A stretch of DNA of 64,000 nt, from NCBI RefSeq assembly GCF_006345805.1, contig NC_042999.1, positions 49,538,001 through 49,602,000 on the forward strand, read 5' to 3'. The notes beneath the pieces are model-generated. The model worked only from the letters and a program-made list of their open reading frames with translations. It made no database searches and was not told the DNA's origin. Positions 1 through 10,009 of the stretch are shown in pieces (the stretch's first letter is position 1; each line of letters opens with the position of its first letter). The DNA comes from Octopus sinensis. Taxonomy: Eukaryota. A program made the translations under genes and the position numbers.

Positions 1-340
1 CGGAAGCACATACACAGATGTACGTGCACACATATAAACAGATGTATAGGTTTTCGCTTTGCGTTGTTTATGCATGAGTAGGAGCGGAATGTCGTAACCT
101 GTAAATAATATTTCGTATGTATGTCTGCGCGTATATTAGGCTGGGCATGAGAGTAGTTTATTTTATGTAGAATTGTGTGTATATGTTTAAGATTGTCTAT
201 TTGAGGTGGGTGTCTATAGGGTGTTGTACGTACGTTTGATGCAGACTCACAAGCCACATACTCCACTATTTTGCTCCATCAGCTCCTTTCCCCTCGTCAT
301 ATACAGCTTTCCAGCCGGGTCAGCAACCTTTTCAATATAA

Positions 341-396
<56 letters not shown>

Positions 397-493
397 GCAT
401 ATGTATATATATACATATATATATATACATATACATGCACGTGTGTGTATGGGAGTGAGTATGCCCGTATGTATATCTATCTATTTATGTATT

Positions 494-1353
494 CAGGTTG
501 CGTGGAATAAACTGTCGTCTGAATTACGCAAAAATGAAAATAACACTGACATCTCATTTTAACAGATATATTTACCAATATTACATTGAAATATCTTGAA
601 ATACTAAAGAGTAAATTTATTCAATAAAATCGCCATTGGCTTCAACCACGGCCCCCAGACGACTTCGGAATCTCCTGCAACTCTTTTGGACGGTCTTCTT
701 GTTTGAGATGGTGAATGCTGCCATAATTCTTGCCTTCAGTTCATCTTTGGCGCTACAAGGAGATTTTTTGGTCTCTCGCTCAACTGTGCCACACACATAT
801 TAATCGAGGAGGCTGCAATTTGGAGATTTAGGTGGCCAGATGTTAGGGCTGATGTGGTGACAGAAATTGTCTGACAGCCATGACTAGGTTCTCTTGCCTG
901 TGTGGCATGGTGCAGAGTCTTGTTGCCAGACATAGGATCTTCCAACTGCGACCCTCTTGACCCAGGGCAGCACTACCTCCTCCAGTTACTTGATGTAGAC
1001 CTCCGTGTTGAGTGTGAAGCCGTGTGGGAAGGTTAATGGAGGCATAACGTCACCATCACAAGTGATGGTTCCAAACACCATGACGTTGACTGAATGTTTG
1101 CTCGGTACATGTCCTCAGATTGACATCCAGACACTTTGAAATATTCATATTTGAGCTTCCGGAGTGAATTTTAAGCTGTACAGCATATCGTTTCCAAATT
1201 TCTGGCAGAATGAACTGCGTCATCGTGCTGTTTTTTCACAGACGGTGCCCAACTGATCCTACTGTACTGTGTCGTCGACAAAATCAAAAACAAACAATGC
1301 GCATGCGCGAAATTAAAAGTATAATCTGGCGACAATTTACCTATCGCAACCTG
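494..1353 (-). mobile_element. Internally deleted Tc1/mariner-superfamily DNA transposon (DD37D/maT-like), both TIRs present
   Basis: TIRs CAGGTTGCGTGGAATAAACTGTCGTC (494) and GGCGACAATTTACCTATCGCAACCTG-TA (to 1353). The minus strand reads, with stops, VMVFGTITCDGDVMPP...YVWQQDSAPCHT...WPPKSPNC...KARIMAAF...FRSRLGAVVEANGDFIE, typical of the transposase C-terminal catalytic region. Confidence 0.85.
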
Positions 1354-1458
1354 TATGTGTATGTGTGAATTCATTTATATGTATTCATATATGTATTCAT
1401 GTGTGTGTGTGTGTGTGTGTGTGTGCGTGCGTGTGCGTGCTTGTGTGTGTGTGAGCGT

Positions 1459-1690
1459 GCGCGTGGCTTAGTGGTTATGTCTTTCCTCCCGTGGTCATAA
1501 GATAGTAATGTCTATTCGTGGACCGGACGATGTTGGGCAAAACACTTCATTTCATCTACCTCCAGTAAACTCAAGTTGCAAAAATGAGTAAACCTGCGGC
1601 AGACCGGCGTCCCATCCAGGGAGAAAATATAAGCACCACAGAATCCAAGAAAGCGGCCTTATCAGCCTATGATCTGGGAAGGATATTTGA
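1459..1690 (+). mobile_element. tRNA-headed SINE (family D), degenerate
   Basis: GCGCGTGGCTTAGTGGTTA A-box-like head; body (CACTTCATTTCA..CTCCAGT..ACTCA, GGCGTCCCATCCAG) matches copies at 36945-37170, 46172-46430 and 50098-50400. Confidence 0.65.
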
Positions 1691-2672
1691 CCTGTTTATA
1701 CGTGCTACATATATTTGTGTGTGTGATTTTATGTGTATTTGTTTGTATGTGCGTGCGTGTGTGTTTGTGCGTGTGAGTGTTTTTGTGTGCGTTTGTGCGT
1801 GTGTGCGTGTGTGAGTGTGTGAGTGTGTAACATAGTGAATTGAGATACTTTGATTAACTGAAAATTTGGGAAAATACAAAATGATGTAGGGAAATCTCAT
1901 CTATCAAGACTGTTGGCGAAAAAGCACCATTCTTCTTTACTCTCCATTAATGTACAAGACCCGAGGCCTTAGAGACCTTAGGTTTTCTATTTCACATGGA
2001 AATTGAAAATTACATTTTACGGGCACTCTTTATAGATTATTTGTTGTTGACGGAGATACCAGATTTCTTCGAACTTGAAAGATACAGTGTTTATGCCTAC
2101 ACATTTTCATGTACAATAGTCACTAAATCTGTTTCCCAAAGTATAGACAGATAGTTTTGAGTGAACATATAGAGAGATATACAGGGAATCTCGAACCAAA
2201 CTTCACAGTTTTCCCCCATCTACCAGTGCAAAGAAACAATTTCTGTACAAGAACGTTTAAGTAAAGAGAAATATATTTATAGAAAACTACAGAACACGCC
2301 TAAATATGAACGCATAATCAACTTTTGTCTCTATATATTTTAAATCATGATCACATGATCACTGTATTCACCTCAATAATTTAGCTTATGAGTTTTTGTA
2401 TGTTTATTTATAAGCCCCCAAAATGAGGAATTACCTCTCTTCTCCCGAGTAATAACTTATCTCCATTTACCTCCCCTTTGATTTTTCTACTTGTTGATTC
2501 TTTCACAAACTTTCATACGAGAACATGGACTAAAATCTTCTTAAGAAAATACGAAATTACAATAATCTCAATGCCATGATTAGCGAAAGCGAAACCGGTC
2601 AACAAACACAATACTATTTCATTTAAAATATATTAAAACTATGTAAACTGGGCATTTTCCTACATATACTTT

Positions 2673-2953
2673 CTATGTATGTATGTATGGTATGTTATGT
2701 ATGTATGGTATGTATGTATGTATGGTATGTATGTATGTATGGTATGTATGGATGGTATGTATGTATGGTATGTATGTATGGTATGTATGTATGTATGGTA
2801 TGTATGTATGTATGGTATGGTATGTATGTATGGTATGTATATATATAGATATACATATATATATATATATATGCATATATATATCCATATATATATTCAC
2901 ACATGTATGTATGTATGTATGTATGTATGTATGTATGATGTATGTATGTATGT
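2673..2953. repeat. (TATG)n/(TATGG)n compound microsatellite
   Basis: Directly visible; explains the MYV/IHT-repeat ORFs. Confidence 0.95.
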
Positions 2954-3381
2954 GAAATTACTATAAACACAAATTTATATCATTTGTGAAGTTTGGAACT
3001 CTGTATTGAACGACAGCTGCAAGCTGACTGAATCATTAGAGCGGTTGAAGCATTGCATAGTATACGAACTATATCTGACATTTTTTTTAAATGCTTTTAC
3101 ACCGAATTCATTCGAGATTAGCTTTGTCCTTAATTCGAACGTGAAAAATAAAATGAAGTACCAATCTCAAGTATTGAGATCAATGGTATTGACTAATTCT
3201 CTCTCCTTAAAAACGATGATCATATGCCTAAAGCAGAAATTACATTGCCATTAACATTCTAACTAAAAATCCCGCTGAATTCAATTTTGCTTTTCATCAA
3301 TCTGTGAACGATAAAATAAAATGCCTGTCAAGGACTGCCGGTGAAGATAGCTATTAAACCTCAATTCAAAAACTTCTCTTT

Positions 3382-3585
3382 TAATCTTTTACTCTTTTAC
3401 TTGTTTCAGTCATTTGACTGCTGCCATGCCTTTAGTCGAGCAAATCGACCCCAGGACTTATTCTTTGTAAGTTTAGTACTTATTCAATCGGTTTATTTTG
3501 CCGAACCGCCAAGTTACGGGGACGTAAACACACTACCATCGGTCGTCAAGCGATGATGGGGGACAAACACAGACATACAAACAAA
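3382..3585 (-). mobile_element. Bipartite SINE (family B), 3' half only
   Basis: Reverse complement of the 3' half seen at 3880-4085 and 5595-5785; tail (TACTCTTT)n; stops at the internal microsatellite. Confidence 0.85.
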
Positions 3586-3595
3586 CTCACACACA

Positions 3596-3638
<43 letters not shown>

Positions 3639-3641
<3 letters not shown>

Positions 3642-3790
3642 CAGGAGTGGCTGTGTGGTAAGTAGCTTGCTTACCAACCACATGGCTCCGGGTTCAGTCC
3701 CACTGCATGGCACCTTGGGCAAATGTCTTCTACTATAGCCTCGGGCCGACCAAAGCCTTGTGAAGCTGAAAGAAGCCCGTCATATATATG

Positions 3791-3829
<39 letters not shown>

Positions 3830-4088
3830 TGTGTGTGTGTGTGTATGCGCGTGTGTGTGTGTGTGTGTGTGTGTATATGTTTGTGTGTCTGTGTTTGTCC
3901 CCCCAACATCGCTTGACAACAGATGCTGGTATGTTTACATCCCCTTAACTTAGCGGTTGGGAAAAAGAGACCGATAGAATAAATACTAGGCTTAGAAAGA
4001 ATAAGTCTTGGGGTCGATTTGCTCGCCTAAAGGCAGTGCTCCAGCATGGCTACAGTCAAATGAGTGAAACATGTAAAAAGAATAAAAG
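3639..4088 (+). mobile_element. Bipartite SINE (family B): tRNA-like head, internal (TA)/(TG) microsatellite, CORE-like 3' half
   Basis: GCAGGAGTGGCTGTGTGGTAAGTAGCTTGC...GGTTCAGTCCC head; same structure at 5388, 41001, 55360 and 62605. Confidence 0.9.
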
Positions 4089-4097
4089 GAAGAATAT

Positions 4098-4130
<33 letters not shown>

Positions 4131-4137
4131 CTATAAT

Positions 4138-4240
4138 ATACGACAGGCTTCTTTCAGTTTCTGTCTACCAATGCAGTGGGACTGAACTGGGAACCATGTG
4201 GTTCGTAAGCAAGCTACTTACCACACAGCCACTCCTGCGT
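4138..4240 (-). mobile_element. Family B SINE 5' half with internal deletion
   Basis: CAGTGGGACTGAAC...CTTACCACACAGCCACTCCTGCG is the reverse complement of the family B head. Confidence 0.8.
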
Positions 4241-4253
4241 CTGTTAACTTTAT

Positions 4254-4490
4254 ACCTATTTCTTTATTGCCCACAAGGGGCTAAACATAGAGGGGACAAA
4301 CAAGGACAGACAAAGGGACTACGTCGATTACATCGACTCCAGTGCGTAACTGGTACTTAATTTATCGACCCCGAAAGGATGAAAGGCAAAGTCGACCTCG
4401 GCGGAATTTGAACTCAGAACGTAACGGCAGACGAAATACCGCTAAGCATTTCGCCCGGCGTGCTAACGTTTCTGCCAGCTCACCACCTTT
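4254..4490 (-). mobile_element. tRNA-derived CORE-SINE (family A), full length
   Basis: Minus strand GAGCTGGCAGAAACGTTAGCACGCC (A box), GAGTTCAAATTCC (B box), GTCGACTTTGCCTTTCATCCTTTCGGGGTCGATAAA (CORE-like), tail CCCCTTGTGGGCAATAAAGAAATAG. Confidence 0.9.
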
Positions 4491-5114
4491 TCTTATTACC
4501 TATTCGAGCATTTCGTGCTAGTTTCTCCCTCACAACTTGCAAAGACTGTGTTGCTGAAATGAGCACTACACTACCATTGAGGAATCTAGGTATGTTTTCT
4601 TTTTTAACAACGCTTTTACTGGGTATTGGGGATCACGATTGTAGATTCTCATGTTATTTTAATGTTTCTTCTATTGTGTAGTTATTGTACAAGTAGGAGT
4701 GGATTGATAAAATCGCAAGGCTGCCGGCAACATTAATATGTGATCTTTAATTACATCTCTTCAATTTTTATGTTTGAATCCCATGTCGCCAACTTCAATT
4801 TTCATCTAGTCATAACCAGACAAAATACGTGTGGGTACGCGCGTGCGTATGTGCACGTGTATGTGTGCGCATGCTTGTGCCTGTGTGCCTGTGTGTGCGG
4901 GCCTATGTGTGAGCGCGTGCCTGTGTGTGCAAGTGTGTGCGAGCGTGCGTGCGTGCCGGAGAGACTGCAGTGAATTGCGATGGAAAGCGTTGTTGAAGAG
5001 GCTACATGAAGCGTGCCTTCTTGAAATTTCTAGTTTGTATGTATGTACAGTAGATATATCATATATACATGTATGTATGTGTGTGTATATATATGTATGT
5101 ATACACACACACAC

Positions 5115-5147
<33 letters not shown>

Positions 5148-5149
5148 TG

Positions 5150-5340
5150 TTTGTGTGTCTGTGTTTGTCCTCCCCTTGGCAACCGATGCTGGTGTGTTTA
5201 TGTCCCCGTTACTTAGCGGTTAGGCAAACGTAACCGATAGAATAAGTACTAGTCTTACAAAGAATAAGTTCTGGGTCCTAAAAGGCGGCGGTGCTCCAGC
5301 ATGGCCGCAGTCAAGTGACTCACACGAATAAAAAAATAAA
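5150..5340 (+). mobile_element. Family B SINE 3' half
   Basis: Starts at a microsatellite and matches the 3' half of 3880-4085. Confidence 0.85.
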
Positions 5341-5387
5341 GGAATATATATATATATATATACACATACATACATATATATATATAT

Positions 5388-5785
5388 AGGCACAGGAGTG
5401 GCTGTGTGGTAAGTAGCTTGTTTACCAACCACATGGTTCTGGCTTCAATCCCACTGCGTGGCATCTTGGGCAAGTGTCTTCTACTATAGCCTCGGGCCGA
5501 CCAAAGCCTTGTGAGTGGATTTGGTAGACGGAAACTGAAATAAGCCCATCGTATATATGTATATATATATGTGTACGTGCGTGTGCGTTTGTGTGTCTGT
5601 GTTTGTCCCCTAGTATTGCTTGACAACCGATGCTGGTGTGTTTATGTCCCCGTCACTTAGCGGTTCGGCAAAAGAGACCGATGGAATAAGTACTGGGCTT
5701 ACAAAGAATAAGTCCCGGGGTCGAGTTGCTTGATTAAAGGCAGTGCTCCAGCATGGCCGCAGTCAAAATGACTGAAACAAGTAAT
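5388..5785 (+). mobile_element. Family B SINE, full length, followed by (GATA)n
   Basis: Head GGCACAGGAGTGGCTGTGTGG through tail GACTGAAACAAGTAA. Confidence 0.9.
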
Positions 5786-5851
<66 letters not shown>

Positions 5852-5972
5852 TTTCCTGTAGGCACAGCCTGAAGATTCCATGAAGGCGTCACACGTTTTA
5901 AAAAATGGTGTTACTGTCTGAAATACTTTTATCTCATGAAACTACTAGTAATTCATATTGTGTTTAAAATTA

Positions 5973-5973
5973 C

Positions 5974-6029
<56 letters not shown>

Positions 6030-6097
6030 GTGTGTGTGTGCGGGGGTGTGTGTGATAATATACAAACATGTGTATCTGTAATTATGTTTGCATATAT

Positions 6098-6151
<54 letters not shown>

Positions 6152-6300
6152 CATATATATAAATATATATATACACACATATTATAATATATACATATAT
6201 ATAAATATATATATATACTATATATATACATATATAATATATATATATATATATTATAATATATATATACATATATATATATTAGCTATACATATATATA

Positions 6301-6331
<31 letters not shown>

Positions 6332-6495
6332 CATATATATACATATATATACATGTATCATACATAAAATATATATACATATACTTTTATATATATATGT
6401 GTGTGTATATATATTTACATACACATATATATATCTATATATATATATATATTATATATATATAATATATATATATATATACATATATATACATG
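5973..6495. repeat. (GT)n and degenerate (TA)n/(TACA)n microsatellite block
   Basis: Directly visible. Confidence 0.95.
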
Positions 6496-6570
6496 CATAA
6501 AGTACGTATGAGTGCTTAGATGTTTGTTATCATTGCAAACAAATTTATATCCTCACTCCCACCTTAAAAC

Positions 6571-7093
6571 AAATTAATATCTTCTTTGGAATGGGCCGCT
6601 ATTTTTGTTGTTGATATCCATTTCTGGTTTTTCTTTGTGATATATTTACTATAATACACACACATATATTACTCTATTGCCTCTGAACACAGCATTCCTC
6701 AGTAATTACCTTCTTCAAATATCATAATAAATAAACTATGAAATAATTTGGCATCCAGGTTAGCTTCAGATATCGATTTGTCTATTAATTATCGGATAGC
6801 AAAAAAAGTTCTTATAGAATAAAAATTCCAAATTAATCTCTTCTTTGGAATGGGCCCGCTATTTTTGTTGTTGATATCATTTCTGGTTTTTCTTTGTGAA
6901 TATATTTACTATAATACACAACACATATATTACTCTATTGCCTATCTGAACACAGCATTCCTCGGTAATTACCTTCTTCAATATCATAATAAATAAACTA
7001 TGAAATAATTTGGCATCCAGGTTAGCTTCAGATATCGATTTGTCTATTAATTATCGGATAGCAAAAAAAAGTTCTTATAGAATAAAAATTCCA
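6571..7093. repeat. Tandem direct duplication of a ~260 bp unit (6571-6829 / 6830-7093)
   Basis: Both units run CTTCTTTGGAATGGG...GGCATCCAGGTTAGCTTCAGATATCG...AAAAATTCCAAA and differ mostly by 1-2 bp indels. Confidence 0.95.
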
Positions 7094-7434
7094 AATAGCT
7101 TTTAAATCTATTTGCTTTTTTATCTTAATATCTATATATACATATATTATATAGTACATAGATACATAGATAGACAGACAGACACATATAGATAGATATG
7201 CATTGATATATGTGTACATGTGTAGTTATATGTTCTATAATAGTTTGTATGTGTGAATGTATCCGTTACTTGATCTTAAAGCTTGTTTGTTTGTCTGGGT
7301 GCTTAAGTATCTTTATTTCAATTTATTTTTCTCTAATAGTTTGTGTGCAAAGGTATATCAGAAATATTCACCTTTGCTCACACACACATAGATATATGCA
7401 TATATGAACATATATATACTTGTGTGTGTTTGTG

Positions 7435-7467
<33 letters not shown>

Positions 7468-8077
7468 ATATATATATATAAGTATGTGTGTTTATATGTC
7501 TATAATGAACATCTGCATACTTGTGTGTATATATATGTACATATACATATATATTTGTATATGTATATGTATGTGTGCGTATGTATAAATGTATATACGT
7601 ATGTATGTTATGTATATATATATTTGTGTGCATACTACAAATAGTCATAGCTATAAAATGTACAAATGGTGACTAGTAATTTGATATGTCTGCTGATATG
7701 AATATATTTTTGTGTTTTAGTGAGAGGGTTTCCATATTTCTATGTAACGTTTTACACATAATTTACAAATGTATCTGTGAATACATAAAATCTGTATAGA
7801 ATAGTATATCAGATTATGAATAGACGAATTCAAACTTTTACAGCTGAGATACACGCACATTTATACATTCTACTGTTCTTATATCCCGCCCAAATGGCGG
7901 AAAATACTTCAGAAATATCTCCTAAACTTACATCCCATTCTATTACTAAAAATATATAAAACATTGTAGTTCCTCTAGCAGAATCATTACCATTTTTGTT
8001 TGATGCCCCTATGATAAAATAAATGGGGTAAATAAAATAAATTATTATTATTATGATCATTATTATTATTATTATTT

Positions 8078-8238
8078 TATGTTTGACTTTTGCTTTACAT
8101 TTGTATAAGTTGACTGAAAATCTCACCCAGAGACCTCAAGAGACAAGTTGGAAGTTCATGTTGGTGTTATGCCTAGGGTACTATATATTTGGTTTTGTAC
8201 ATAGTGTTGTTCTAGAGAATGTTTAAGAAAACATAAGG
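8078..8238 (-). mobile_element. 3' end of a (TAA)n-tailed non-LTR retrotransposon (probably R4/Dong-like)
   Basis: Reverse complement of 18483-18648; both end CAAACATA followed by (AAT)n. Clade assignment is inferred from the (TAA)n context. Confidence 0.55.
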
Positions 8239-8306
8239 AAATTATGTGGTTGTTTTAAAACTTGAGATTACATAGAGTATTATAATTATTATTATTATTA
8301 TTATTA

Positions 8307-8360
<54 letters not shown>

Positions 8361-8364
8361 ATAA

Positions 8365-8658
8365 TAGAGCAGTACATGCTATCACACTGACACTGGGGCA
8401 AAATATACGAAACCCAGTATACCCATCATGACTAACCGTCTGATAAGGTTATACTTGACACATGCATCACAACCTTAAGTGCACGTGATGGTAATCTCAT
8501 ATAATAACTGAGCCCCCGTTAGAATTTTTCTCGGGTCGAGTAGCCCATCCGCTCAAATGGTCCCTGAATAAGGGGTGGTAAGGATGTTGAACGAAACACT
8601 CACGTTTCTAAGGGTGAATTATTCAAGCCCCAAAGAATTCTTCTAAACGCACGGCTAT
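8365..8658 (-). mobile_element. (TAA)n-embedded non-coding retroposon (family C), 5'-truncated
   Basis: Matches the left part of 22154-22705 (GAGCAGT.CATGC..TCA..TGACACTGGGG...CCCTGAATAAGG) and abuts (TTA)n. Confidence 0.75.
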
Positions 8659-8672
8659 ACTTTTATACATAC

Positions 8673-9175
8673 ATGCCTCCGTTAATCTTCCCACACGGTC
8701 TCACACTCAACACGGAGGCCTGCTTCAAGTGCCTGGAGGTAGTACTACCTTGGGTCAAGTGAGTGGTTGCTGGAACCCTGCACCATGCCACAAGCAGGAA
8801 ACCTCAATTTCTGCGACCACACTACCTTTAACATCTGACTATCTAGCTCCCCAGATTCCAAGCCCTTTCATTATTATGTGTGGGGCGCAGTTGAGCGAGA
8901 GTCCAGCAAAACTCCTTGTTGCATCAAAAATAGACTTAAGGCAAGGATTATGGCAGCATTCACCAACTTAAAGAAGGAGACCATACAGAAAAGTTACAGG
9001 ATATTCCGAAGTCGCCTGGAGGTTGTGGTTGAAACCAATGGCAATTTTCTTGAATAAATTTACTCTTTAGTATTTCAAGATATTTTAATTTTGGTAAATA
9101 TATATGTTAAAATGAGATGTCAGTGTTATTTTCATTTTTGCGTAATTTAGACGACAGTTTTTCCATCGCACTCTG
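8673..9175 (+). mobile_element. DD37D/maT-like transposon 3' fragment with right TIR
   Basis: Homologous to 494-1050 in the opposite orientation; ends TAATTTAGACGACAGTTTTTCCATCGCACTCTG. Confidence 0.85.
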
Positions 9176-9194
9176 TGTGCGTGTGTGTGTGTGG

Positions 9195-9233
<39 letters not shown>

Positions 9234-9236
<3 letters not shown>

Positions 9237-9588
9237 GCGTATATTTAGGGATAACCACTAAGTGAATGACCAATATACTAGAAGAAGATCACATACGATC
9301 TAACTACAAAGAAAATAATGTTCTCTAGAGAAATTCAGCAGACACCAGAACATAAGCGGGTAAGGCAGATGAAAATATATAAAAATCCAGAATTAATCGT
9401 TGACCGATTTCGTCTATTACCGATAATTACTTACGTAATTTTTCGTCCGTAGACTCCTCTGTACGATCGTTCCGAATTGCGTGTTGAATTTCTGTAGAGA
9501 AGATTCTTTTCTTTGTAGTTAGATTGTATGTGATCTTCTTCTAGCATATTGGTTATCCACTTAGTGGTTATCCCTAAATATACGGATG
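9234..9588. mobile_element. MITE with ~100 bp TIRs and TA flanks
   Basis: TA-CATGCGTATATTTAGGGATAACCACTAAGTG...GAAGAAGATCACATAC... is mirrored by ...GTATGTGATCTTCTTC...CACTTAGTGGTTATCCCTAAATATACGGATG-TA. Confidence 0.85.
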
Positions 9589-9702
9589 TATTGCAATTTT
9601 TTCTGATTTTTCAGATTTTTCTATATGCTAGGCTACTGGTTTTAAAATGATATTAATTAAATTAATATTCAATTTATCACTCTCGTTATTTAAATTATAT
9701 AG

Positions 9703-9720
9703 AGAGAGAGAGATAGATAA

Positions 9721-9788
<68 letters not shown>

Positions 9789-9829
9789 GTAGGTAGGAGG
9801 TAGGTAGGTAGGTAGATAGATAGATAGAT

Positions 9830-9886
<57 letters not shown>

Positions 9887-9990
9887 TAGATCAGACAGAC
9901 AGCTAGAAGATAGATAGATAGATAGATAGTAGAAGATAGAGATAGATAGATAGAAGATAGATAGAGAGATAGGATAGATAGATAGATATG
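9703..9990. repeat. (GATA)n microsatellite at the 3' junction of the Tx1-like LINE
   Basis: Directly visible; irregular toward its right end. Confidence 0.95.
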
Positions 9991-10009
9991 CCATATATGC
10001 ATATGCATC

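Noticed and set aside
225-335. Possible hammerhead-like CTGATG motif on the minus strand
   Set aside because: It lacks the CUGANGA/GAAA pairing and stems.
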